From Octopus sinensis (taxonomy: Eukaryota), in NCBI RefSeq assembly GCF_006345805.1, contig NC_043003.1, positions 74,648,001 to 74,712,000 on the forward strand: a stretch of 64,000 nucleotides of DNA, read 5' to 3'. Positions 1 to 11,024 of the stretch are shown here, one piece after another. The notes beneath the pieces are model-generated. The model had not been told where the DNA came from, made no database searches, and saw only the letters and a program-made list of their open reading frames with translations. Both the position numbers and the translations under genes were made by a program. The first letter of the stretch is position 1, and each line of letters begins with the position of its first letter.

Positions 1-929
1 TGTAATAGACTAACTCCCTGTTCCAAAATTGCTGCCCTTGTGCTAAAATTTGAAACCAATTGCATTATCGTTACTTAACCATTAGTCTAATATAAATGCT
101 GATATCGTTGTCAACCTTACCAAATCGCTCTCACAGTTCCAAACACAGTAGTCGTCTCTATCAGCCTACATTCGCTGCAAAAATATTGTCATCCTCTTCG
201 TGAATATACTTTAAATCGCTGCAACAATTTCCGTTATCGTTGTATAAACATTGCCGAGTTCACTTTCAACAGAGTTGTCTTCGTCGTTACCATTATTACC
301 ATTGTTACCATTTTCTTCAGAGACTATACAAGTATTGCTGTCATCACTGTCAATATAATTGTCATCGTATTTGTTGTCATTTATGTCATCATTGTCATAA
401 GATGTTGATTCTATCGTCAGTAGTAAGCTTCTGTGTGGTAATTAGTAATAATATTTCTGCTGCTACTATTGCTGTTGTTGTTATATGCGTTATTGCTGTT
501 GTTGTTACTGTTATTGTTTTCATGTTCTTAATACTGATACTGCCGTTGCATGGCAGAATATGAGTGCTGAAATCGGTTCCACGTTCGAAACCTCACAATT
601 TTCTCTCTCTTACTGGACGATCGACTAAGACGAAGACATTCTGAATATCATTTCTTTTCTTATAAACATTTTTTATCCTTTAAAATTGTGCACTGTAGAC
701 GTAGCGGTTGATGAGTAACTTATGGTCGACTAAGAAACAAATTATAACAGTAAAGTCAACAAATGCAAACTGAAACTCACAAACAAACAAACAAAAATAT
801 ATAATCTGCATTATGTGGATGGCATAATACTGTGTACAAGAAATTTTCAACACCAGGATTCTCCATCCCAATTATTGATATTATTCAGCATGGAAGATTG
901 AATCAAGTTTGGGGTAAATATGTGTGCAG

Positions 930-1950
930 TGTTAATTATAAAGAGCTGTCGAAAGATAAATTATTATGGTATAAAATTATCAGTTTGCTTAGGAGGGATA
1001 GAGGCATCTAGGAGTGCTACTAAACGATGAAATAATGGAAGGAGACTTGAGAGGAGAGACTTTCCAGATATTACAAGAGAGGAATTAGGAATATGTACGA
1101 AACAAATGTTAAAATGAAGGAATATTATCAGAGCAATAAATGTATGAGCTACGCCAAATATTAAGGTAGTTTGATCCCTTTCTAAAATGGACAAATATCG
1201 TATTACTGAACATCGAAAGAACTAGGAAGCCGCTCAAAATGCACAACGCACATCACACTATTAGAAATACCTATAGTCTTTACCTACCAAAAAACAAAGA
1301 AGGCAGAGGAATGCAAAATGCAGAAGAGAGCATTAATACTGTGATACTGGAGTTGTAAAACTATATTGTTTTATTGTAAAACTATATTGTTTCATTGCGT
1401 ATAGTTGTAAAACTATACGCAGTGAAAAGTAATAACATTATCTGGCTAGAAATGTCTAAATAGTTACTGAGACAGTAGGGATACTCAAGAAGGGAAGGTA
1501 AAAACAGTAGAAGTAACTGGAAACAGAATAAATTATATGTCTAATTCATACAACAAAACTAAGGATACTGGAAGAAGAGAATTCTTGCTGTAGCTAACGT
1601 ACAGAAACATGAGAAGAATTAATAAAGCTATAATTACAGCCGCATAAGAACAAGCCATTAGAACGAATTCCATAAACACAAACAAAGATAAAATTCAGTG
1701 AGAGAGCAAATGGACAATTTTAGGGAAGTAAATGAAAGTATTAAGCATTTCTTGAATGAATGCAGAAGACATGCACTGGAAGAGAATAAGGGTAGGTATG
1801 ATTGTTGAAAGAAAGGAATGAATTGGGTCGTAGTCAAATGTGATGCAACAAATTAACAGAACTATCGTATATACACGGACCAGACGCTAAAAATAAAGAA
1901 TAAAGATTTCAAGAGTGTATGGAACTTCCTCATAAAGAAGAAATGCAATT
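930..1950 (+). mobile_element. Heavily decayed R4/Dong-like non-LTR retrotransposon fragment (RT C-terminus to zinc-knuckle region)
   Basis: Frameshifted translation gives RNIIRAINV, FLKWTN, RK.LKMHNAHH, SLYLPKNKEGRGMQ, ITAA*EQAIRTNSI, matching motifs seen in the R4/Dong ORFs elsewhere in this window; many stops. Confidence 0.7.
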
Positions 1951-2323
1951 CACCGAAGTCTTATCACCATCATTGTTTTTGTCATCATCATTATCATCGT
2001 CATCGTCGTCGCCGCCGTCGTAATCATCGTTATGAGCAGCATAACCATCATTATCAACCAGTATTATCAGGAGCAGCTTTACTACGTTTTGTCATCATTA
2101 TATTCTCCGTTTCATCAATTAAGCTAACAGTGACTATTTCTACGCTGCAAACATTTGCAGAATATCGATACATCCGAACTTTATGAGTTATTGGATAATT
2201 CATGCCACTCACTCGTACACAATGACTACTATACGTGCTTTCGAAAAAGAAAAAGAAAAAAAAAGCGTACGTTCACATACATTCCATGTATTCATATCGA
2301 CTCCGACACACATACACAAATAC

Positions 2324-2324
2324 G

Positions 2325-2388
<64 letters not shown>
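2324..2388. repeat. (TA)n microsatellite
   Basis: Direct dinucleotide run. Similar runs occur near 5940-6010, 14740-14890, 15548-15592, 20962-21057, 35810-35900, 36550-36630, 46235-46290, 54295-54365, 55945-56012 and 63755-63810. Confidence 0.97.
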
Positions 2389-2391
<3 letters not shown>

Positions 2392-2600
2392 TAATCCAAC
2401 AAGAAAACAAAAAAAACACAACAACGCAAGACGTGGAATAAATAAAGTATTATTGGACGCTCAGGAAAGAAGTGATGAAGGAGGTTTTACGTTTCGAGCG
2501 GAGCTCTTCGTCGGAAACATAGGAGAAGGAAAGATCCCGAGAAGGGAAGACAGAGAAAAAAAAAATCGCCAGTGGTACTCACGAGGGCACATACTGAAAA
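2389..2600 (-). mobile_element. Non-coding hammerhead-bearing repeat, family A copy 1 (Penelope-like terminal/retrozyme-type)
   Basis: Homologous to 56055-56290 (shared TATTATTGGACGCTCAGGAAAG...GAGCTCTTCGTC...AATCGCCA). The minus strand contains a hammerhead core, and the minus-strand 3' end abuts (TA)n. Confidence 0.7.
2484..2518 (-). ncRNA. Minimal type I hammerhead ribozyme motif (U4C variant)
   Basis: Minus strand GUUU-CCGACGA-A-GAGC-UCC-GCUC-GAAA-CGU-A-AAAC: stem I GUUU/AAAC, stem II GAGC/GCUC, palindromic ACGU stem III, GUA cleavage triplet. The core reads CCGACGA instead of CUGANGA. Confidence 0.6.
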
Positions 2601-2723
2601 AAAAATATATATATACAAGTACATAATTAATAAGACAAATCCCCTCTTAGTTATTAATCCCTCCGCCCAACACACAAGCACGTGAAAACACTCATATACT
2701 CATACGTGCAAAATTACGTGCAC

Positions 2724-2739
2724 ACCACACACACACACA

Positions 2740-2794
<55 letters not shown>

Positions 2795-2795
2795 C
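2724..2795. repeat. (CA)n microsatellite
   Basis: Direct dinucleotide run. Confidence 0.95.
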
Positions 2796-3544
2796 GCTCA
2801 CTTCCGCATACTCATATGCATACCTGCCAGCATTGTCACTTGAAATTGCTTATATTCAAGCTATGTACATGCACAGACACGTTTACTCTCTCTCTCACAC
2901 ACACATATATATTTATGCATACAAGCTCACAAGCAAGTAGCAGGTGATTCCATAGTTACATATTTATGAACCCTTTCACACAGGGTTAAAAAAAGAAAGC
3001 TACTTCATTACAAACAATAACTGACGGACTATACAAACTGTAAAGAAAGAAATAAAATACCAGTTTGGAATCATAAATTTATTAAAACGAACATAAAACA
3101 TACTGTCCGCTATTAAAACGCGTAAATTTACAGCTACAGGGACAGAGATGCGATGAAAAAGAGAATGGAAAAATGAAATAGTATTTGTCATACATAGTGC
3201 ATCGTGGACTACATTATATTGTGTAACACGACTTTTGTCCTTTGGTAGCAAATGTTATTTCTTATATGCTTGCTTACCTCTAGAAAATATGAAAAATGTT
3301 TAAGATTTTGTTCAAACTTTGCTTTTGTTACATTTATTCAAACTCCTACTAAAAAACCCTCAAAACACGGCTATGATGCTTCCAATAACTTCTGCTCATG
3401 ATCAGAGATGAACATATTCGCTGAGACATCGAAGCAACCTCGTTTACTTGAGACTCCGAAATTTTTCACTAACGCCAGTATAATAGTATAATAAATAATA
3501 TTGTGTTTGACATTTACCTGAGAATGTGCGTTAACAATGTAAAA

Positions 3545-3622
3545 ATATAAAACATCGCCACGTAGGAGTTACGACTAAATCGTTTAACGAACAGTCAGTC
3601 GGAACCGAGTATGGTCGTAAGT
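3545..3622 (+). promoter_or_regulatory. CpG-rich island ending in ATGGTC|GTAAGT; candidate first exon with 5' splice site
   Basis: Unusually many CG dinucleotides for this AT-rich window; ATG at 3611 is followed by a consensus donor GTAAGT at 3617-3622. No transcript evidence. Confidence 0.25.
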
Positions 3623-4972
3623 CGACGACGACCTGTTTATATATGTATATGTATACATATATATAAGTGCACACACACAAACACAAACACACACACACAC
3701 AAAGGCGCGTGCGCACACACACGCATACACATACAAATGTGAGATAAAATACAATCCACGGATACAGACGATGGTTTGCATCGTTTCGAAATGTATATTT
3801 CAGAAAAGACAACAGAAAAGTACAATGAAATTGCCATGGGCACTAGAAAATCCAAAGCTTCGGACAATGACCTACTTCAAGACGTAGATCTCAGGATAAG
3901 AAAGAAAAACAACAGTATCTTACATATTTGGATTGTGAGAAACTGGCTGCAACATATGAAGCACGCAAACAGCTTTCACTTTATATGTAGACAGAAAGTA
4001 GTAGAAAAAAACTTGGTGAGAGAGGGAGACAGGAAGAGAAATGAGGGAAGAAACCAAGCGATGCAGAGGTTTAGGTAAAGTGAATATCAGGCGAAAAAGG
4101 AGCTGAAATTTAAGAAAGCGACTACTGAACTTGAGGAGTGACATAGTACCAGCTTGAATATAAACGTTTGATCTTTCTGATACCTTGGCTATACAGATGA
4201 CTGGTGTGCAATGATATCGCACACTGATATGTGTAAGGAATCGGTCTGTCGTGATAAAGTGGAAGGCAACAGTTTGGCTAAGCGAACGTTGTAGAGAGCT
4301 GCCAATGTGTTCCCGAAAGTGATCAGTAAAGCAGAAGTTCTGGATAGTGTGGCTTAGGTGCGGTGATGGTTGTAGTGTTATTAATACATGTTCAGGTATT
4401 GCATGTTTGTCCAGAGAAGTTTAAACCTCGATAATATTCTAGAATGAAGCTCCATAGCACTCAGCCTCACACAGAGTGGCCCTCCACCTTTCCTCATTGC
4501 AATGTAATCTCTACCAATCTTCTCTTTCCAACTACTTCCAATTCATATAATTGAGATTTACATAAGAAAATGTACCTACTTACGTCAGTATAAGAGAAAG
4601 GGATAGCACATGCTTTTCAGATACCAGCATTCATTTCTCTACTGATTGGACGCCAATTATCACTGTATATAATTTATTCGATGGCTACTTTTTGCACTAC
4701 GGTATTTTAAAGAATTTCTTAAAAAGCAGAATAACAAACATTCACAATATGGTATCTGTAGAAGGGTTACAAAACATGACAGTCGAGAATCATAGGTACC
4801 TGCTTATTATATTACAGATGGGTTGTTGGTTGGGGGATAGAGCGTTACGTTAGCAATCTTCTGAATTCCGAAGCATTGACAATTAAGTTACTCAAATCCA
4901 AAGAGTAGCTCGTTCATGGATGACATCTAACTCTTACCAATAATCTACAATTAGATCGGTCATGGTCTAGAG

Positions 4973-5264
4973 CAGTGGTTCTCATTCGGGATCCATATGA
5001 CCCCTGAGAATCAAAATAAGGCTTTTGGGGGTCCACCAACAAAATGGTAACTTAATTATCCACGATAGTATTCTAAGGAACCCTGGAAAAGAATTTGGTT
5101 TAGTTGTATGTATTGGTATGCATTGCAAAAAAAAAACAAAACAGCTAGGTGTGTTTTTCTAACTTTTTACAGAGTTCAACCTCTCCAAAATGTTAATGTG
5201 TGCAAACCAAAATAAAATAATAACCAAAGGGATCCATCGATATAGATAATGGTTGAAAAATGAT
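4973..5264. mobile_element. Decayed hAT/Charlie-type MITE
   Basis: Left end CAGTGGTTCTCA preceded by GTCTAGAG (Charlie-type NTCTAGAN target); right end GGTTGAAAAATGAT is a degenerate complement; no ORF. Confidence 0.55.
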
Positions 5265-5977
5265 ATACTACAGCTAATTCTACCCTACTGCAAGTATTCA
5301 AGTCAAGTTTGATTGAAGATTATTTCCTACCAACCTCAGATATCCAGAAAATATGTACGTTAAATATTTTACTATGTTCATGTAAATTAGTATGCACTGA
5401 CCGACAATGTAATTCTTCTGAGATCCACGAGGCAAAGACCTCTCCAATAATCTCAATATTTCTGCCCGTTATAACATAAGTGAATGTGGTGTTCATGACT
5501 ATCTCCGAATCACGTCATTAAAGAATTTACTTTCAAATTAAGCATCTCGTATATCGAGGAATGTGCTAGTGTTGGTGAATGGGTAGTAAGTGTGCGTTTG
5601 TATCTTTGTATATGGGCGTCAGTTTATTTGTGTGTGTGTGTGTGACATGTATTTTCATGAATACTTCACAATCTAGATTAAAATATGATGACATTAAACA
5701 GTATAATCGACTATTTTATAATTTCATAATTATCAAAGTTTTTATCCCTTGCAATATTTATATCGATTTTTCTTTTGTTATCAAAATATTCAATAACAAT
5801 TACACTAAATAGCAAAACCAAAAAAGAAATTGTGTGTAAATACGTGCAAATAACTATGGAGTGATCTTTTATATATCTGCATGTGTATGTATATGTACAT
5901 ATATGCATTTATACATGTTTATACATATTTAGATATGTGTACATATGTATATATATATATATATTATATATATATAT

Positions 5978-6029
<52 letters not shown>

Positions 6030-7264
6030 ATGTCTGCATATATATATCTCAATGCATACATGTAAGGTTGACATACATGTGTATTTGTACGCGTGAGCCC
6101 ATTATATTGTAATTTGTTTTTTAAGTTGAAACTTTCAGTAACTACTTCGTTGTGTTAAAGGCTATCCAACTTTGAATATTAAACCATATCATTAGTCGAT
6201 AAAATAAAAGAAAATCATATTTAAAACATATGCATTTAAAGTGTGTTAAAAAATAAGCATGCATGTGTATGCTCACAACATTACATACACACATACGTAT
6301 AAAGTTCAATTAGGAACTTTATACTTTTACATGTGTATGCCTATTTATACACATAATCACACAAACTCACATGTATCTCTGTAGCAGTGAAACAGTATCC
6401 ACTGTAAACAAATAACCGCACACATAGTTGCACATAATCATATGACTCCGTTAAAATTCATAGAGTCTGTCACTACTCTACCTTTACTCTCCTCCTCGTA
6501 TATACACACGTTTATATCATACACATGACTGACGCAATATTCGCACGTTAAACTTTTCGTGTACAATTTAGCATTGACTACATGTTCATCCACACACCTA
6601 CACACACAGGCATGCACATAAATACAGTAATGATTTCACATCTGTACGTATCAGATCCTATATGCAGACAGGTACACAACACGTAAACCTACACAGTGAA
6701 CCCTGAAACATATTTATACACACTCAATCACGAACAACAAAACATGTAAACATGCCTAAATGCAATTATTAAGTCATCAAACGCACTCGTGAAAATTATG
6801 CACTCACACACTTACACATACACAGCACTCTTTTTCATATAACAACACATGCCTAATGACAAACTTACACACATCCACAGACATAACAAACAACTACTGA
6901 AGCAATCACACATAATTTGGGAAACAAACTTTAGAAACAAAATCACACGCGCTGGCGCATACACACATATACATGTATGTTTTTATGTCATATATATATA
7001 TATATATTACACGTAGAACGCCATTATAATTATGAGCTTTATAATAAGACCTTTTGCGCCAACTAATATGGAAGCAAACTCGCAAATATGTCAGACAATT
7101 ATATGAAATTCCACAAAGGGCACGATCATATAAAAGGTCGTAATCTGGAACAATAAATTAATATCATTTGTAAACAACAGGTGGCATTGATGCATGAACC
7201 TGTTAAGCGGATTTTCACACTATTTTTTTGTTGGAGCTTGATGTTTTATTTGCTTGATGATAAA

Positions 7265-7460
7265 GATGAATATGATAATAATGATAATAATAATAATAAC
7301 AACAACAACAACAACAACAACAATGATAATAATGATTATAATAATAATAATAACAACAATAATAACAATAAAAATAATAATAATATCGATAATAATAATG
7401 ATAACGATAATAAAAATAAAAGTTGTATTAGTAGTAGTAGTAGCATTAGCAGAAGTAGTA
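7265..7460. repeat. Compound (TAA)/(CAA)/(TAG)n trinucleotide microsatellite
   Basis: Direct triplet runs; source of the spurious poly-N/poly-I ORFs. Confidence 0.92.
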
Positions 7461-7640
7461 GTAGTGGTATGTGTGCTAAAAACCGAAGACGGGAATGTTT
7501 GTGGGGGAGAGGAATAGTCGAGTACTGAGGTCGGGTACATCGACCCCAGTGCCTAATTATTTATTTCATCGACCCAAGATGATGACGACAACGACGACGA
7601 TAATAATAATAATATTTATAATAATAATAATAATAATATT

Positions 7641-7697
<57 letters not shown>

Positions 7698-7698
<1 letters not shown>

Positions 7699-8165
7699 GA
7701 TGCTTTCATGCAATTACAGGCAGTGGGCCTCACAGCTTTTGAATTTAACTGATTGAAAGTGTTTTGTACGTTGTTTTGTCTTTAAAAGATGGGGTAGTGC
7801 AAATATTCTACTTAATACCACATATTTGCTCGTCAGTTGTTTGACCTTCAACAGTTAAGCATTCTTTTAGTGACGATATGTGCATCTGTGATGACATGCA
7901 GTTGCGGGGGCGCATCATGGCCATGTCTTGAGAGTAATTCTTGGTGGGGTGGAATAATTCACCTCTGGAGACTGGTGTTTTGTTCATCTTCCTTACAACA
8001 AGCCTTATTCAGGGACCTATTAAGTGAGGTGGGCTACTCGACCTGAAGAAAATCCTAACTGGGCACCACCTGCAAGGTCATGCATTGTTTATAGCCATAT
8101 GAGATCACCATGTTGCGCACATAACGTTGTGATACTTGTGCCTGGTGTACTCTTATCAGACTTCG
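7698..8165 (-). mobile_element. ~470-bp interspersed non-coding repeat with (ATT)n tail (SINE- or LINE-3'UTR-like)
   Basis: Ends in a long (TAA)n tract at 7600-7697; a fragment of the same sequence (GGCTATGATGC...TGATCAGAGATG) occurs in the opposite orientation at ~3365-3425. Confidence 0.5.
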
Positions 8166-8989
8166 TATATTTGTGCCCCAGTGTCACTTTGATGGCATGC
8201 GCTGCTCTGTCAATTAATAATTATAATAATAATAACAATTATCATCATCTATATTTTAATACTCTAAGCCAAATGCGTGTGGTTGTTACGTAATCAGTTG
8301 AATGGAAAAGCAGAAAGAAAAGTGTATTAGCGGTGATAGCTAGAAGAAATGGAATGCTATTACTTGATGTAAAAGTCTAAATGATAGCTAACAACTCTCA
8401 AGTGTATAGCAATGAATATAATTTTCACTTATGTCTGTACGTTCTATATGATCTATGAGCATTTTAGAGTTTCTTAAGATACACACAGTACTATTTCAAA
8501 ATGTATTGTGTATTTCATGACACTTTTTTTATTAAAAGATTCAACAATCTTATAATTCCTTTAAATATCGTATTAAATCTTAGCCAACGTACAACAACCG
8601 AATAATGTTATAGATAGTCTTAGATCTGGTTCTATAGTCATCATTGTTTATTTCTTAAGGTAAATTGAAAAATAATAGATTATACTCATAAAGTATAAAA
8701 CCTAATAATATAGTTTTTAGAGATGTTGTTTCTTGAGATTTCAACTTCCATGTCATCTATGAAACCCTTTATATTATCTGAAGAATCAATTCCTTCACAA
8801 AATATGATTTTTCATCTTACAATTTTCTAAGGAACACTGCTAGTCTATATCGTCGCCATCATCATCATCACCATCATTGTCATCGTCGTCGTTGTCATCG
8901 CCGTCGTGATCATCGTGATCATCGTCGTCGTCATTGTCGTCGTTGATAGTCGTTGTTGTTCATTTTAAGCAGTGATATCAATGTAACAA

Positions 8990-9038
8990 ACTTCCCCGTG
9001 CCAGAAATTGCTAGCCTTGTGCCAATATTGAAAGCATT

Positions 9039-9073
<35 letters not shown>

Positions 9074-9111
9074 TAATATTATTATTATTATTATTATTAT
9101 TATTGTTATTA

Positions 9112-9173
<62 letters not shown>

Positions 9174-9180
9174 GTTATTA

Positions 9181-9241
<61 letters not shown>

Positions 9242-9255
9242 TATTATTATTATTC
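8990..9255 (+). mobile_element. SINE 3' end with expanded (ATT)n tail
   Basis: AAATTGCTAGCCTTGTGCCAATATTGAAAGC followed by ~210 bp of (TTA)n; the same 3' motif occurs at 20-60, 24778-24810 (minus) and 56465-56495. Confidence 0.6.
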
Positions 9256-10527
9256 TATGTTTGACTTTTGCTTTATATTTGTACAAGTTGGCTCCAAGTC
9301 TCACCCAGAGACCTCAAGAGACAACAGGGTTGGAAGTTCATGTTGTTGTTATGCCTAGTGTGCCATATATTTGGGGGGTGGGGATGTTGTACTAATGAAT
9401 GTCTAAAAAAAAAAAGTTTTTTTGTTTTTTTTTTCTTTTTTTTAAACCGAAAATTATGGTTGTTTTAAACCTTGAGGTTACATAGAGAGTATTTTGCGTA
9501 GGATATGAGCAGTTCCCATGAGCACTATCTTTTGAACTTCTGCCATTTTTGGGTTTCCTGGTATCTGAGTTAGGTAGCTATCAGCCCCTTTTGCTATCAT
9601 TCCCAGGGCACCTATGACAACAGGTATTGTTTTAGTCTTCAGCTTCCACATTTTGCTGATTTCTATTTCAAGATCTTTATATTTGCTCAGTTTTTGGTAG
9701 GTCCTGACAGATACGTTTATATCGATTGGGACAGTCATATCAATGAGGAGGCATGTTCTTTGTTTGAAGTCTTTCAATATGATGTCTGGCCTATTTGCAT
9801 CTATCTTCCTGTCAGTTTGAATGGTGAAGTTCCAGAGGATTGAGATGTGGTCATTTTCAAGCACTGGGGGTGGTTTGTGTTCCCACCAGTTTTTTTCATG
9901 GGGCAAATCCAGGTTTTTACAGATTACCCAGTGAATATATTGTGCAGCTCTATCGTGCCTGTTGAGATATTCTGTAGGCGCTAGAAGACTGCACTTGGAG
10001 ACCACATGGTCAATGGTTTCATTTTGTTGCTTGCATACACGACACGTTGTACTGCTTCTGATCTTTAATATGTTGGCCTGGTAGTTTCTTGTTGGTAGGC
10101 ATTGATCTTGAGCTGCTATGATAAACCCCTCTGTTTCAGATTTTAAGCCAGAGGCCATTAGCCATTGATGGGTCAGGGCTTTGTCGATATCTGCATTATT
10201 CGCTCTCTTTGGGTATTTGCCGTAGAGAGGTTTTTCTTGCCATTTATTATTCAGAATATCTAAGGCCGCAGTTTTGGCACGGGTTTTCATGCGCCTAGCT
10301 TTTTCTGTGCTTGTTTCTTGTATGTCTATCTCTAATTCCGAAATTGGTTGTATTCGGAATTCACTTAGATATTCCTTTGCCTGTTTTGTGACTGAGTATG
10401 ATGCTTTCTTGTTTTCATGTTTTGAGACAAGTTTTAACAACCAGTCCTCAGAGTTTTTCAGGTAGGTGTCTAGGCCAATTGTAGCAATCTTCATTGTTAT
10501 TGCCAGTTGCAAAAGACCACGGCCTCA
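9255..10527 (-). mobile_element. 5'-truncated R4/Dong-like RLE LINE, young copy
   Basis: Uninterrupted ORF plus ~220-bp 3' UTR ending in (TAA)n; (TTA)n tracts on both sides; homologous to 11025-13310, 26716-27413, 28452-29622 and 62095-62510. Confidence 0.92.
9478..10512 (-). CDS. C-terminal 344 aa of the LINE ORF: RT thumb region, CCHC zinc knuckle and restriction-like endonuclease (5'-truncated, not a complete gene)
   Basis: LKSETEGFIIAAQDQ; CRVC..TIDHVVSKC (CCHC); RPDIILKD..LLIDMTVP..KLSKYKDL (PD-(D/E)xK-like); VIPVVIGALG-like IPVVIGALG. Confidence 0.85.
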   Translation of the reverse strand: MQLAITMKIATIGLDTYLKNSEDWLLKLVSKHENKKASYSVTKQAKEYLSEFRIQPISELEIDIQETSTEKARRMKTRAKTAALDILNNKWQEKPLYGKYPKRANNADIDKALTHQWLMASGLKSETEGFIIAAQDQCLPTRNYQANILKIRSSTTCRVCKQQNETIDHVVSKCSLLAPTEYLNRHDRAAQYIHWVICKNLDLPHEKNWWEHKPPPVLENDHISILWNFTIQTDRKIDANRPDIILKDFKQRTCLLIDMTVPIDINVSVRTYQKLSKYKDLEIEISKMWKLKTKTIPVVIGALGMIAKGADSYLTQIPGNPKMAEVQKIVLMGTAHILRKILSM

Positions 10528-10590
<63 letters not shown>

Positions 10591-10629
10591 CATTATTATT
10601 ATTATTAATGTTCTCATTTCATGAAAACC

Positions 10630-11010
10630 TGTTACGCACTGGGGTCGATATAATCGACTTAATCCATTTGTCTGTTCATGTGTGTCCCCACTGTGTTTAG
10701 CCCCTTGTAGGTCGTAAAGAAATAGGTATTTCGTCTGCCGCTACGTTTTGAGTTCAAATTCCGCCGAGGTCGAATTTGCTTTTCGGGGTCGATTAAATTA
10801 GTACCAGTTACGCACTGGGGTCGATATAATCGACCTAATCCGTTTGTCTGTCCTTGTTTTTCCTCTCTCTTGTCGACTTAGCCGTTCATTCTTTTGGGGT
10901 CAATAAATTAAGTACTAGTGAAACACTGGAGTCGATGTACTCGACTAGTTCATTCCACACATCCACATATTCCAACATATTCCAAGCATTGTGCCTATAG
11001 TAGAAAGGAT
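10630..11010 (+). mobile_element. Concatemeric tRNA-derived SINE units
   Basis: Repeated GTTACGCACTGGGGTCGATATAATCGAC and a B-box-like GAGTTCAAATTCC; same family as 36991-37710. Confidence 0.75.
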
Positions 11011-11024
11011 TATTATTATTATTT

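Noticed and set aside
610-745. Two TCGACTAAGA-containing segments resembling hammerhead cores
   Set aside because: Several indels would be needed to restore the core, and there is no stem I.
3776-4078. 100-aa + strand ORF with an upstream TTTCAG acceptor
   Set aside because: No recognisable domain, a purine-rich low-complexity 3' half, and no clearly preferred donor.
4080-4600. Possible ancient CR1/L2 endonuclease remnant (RKGGG-like motif, minus strand)
   Set aside because: Only one short motif; too decayed to support.
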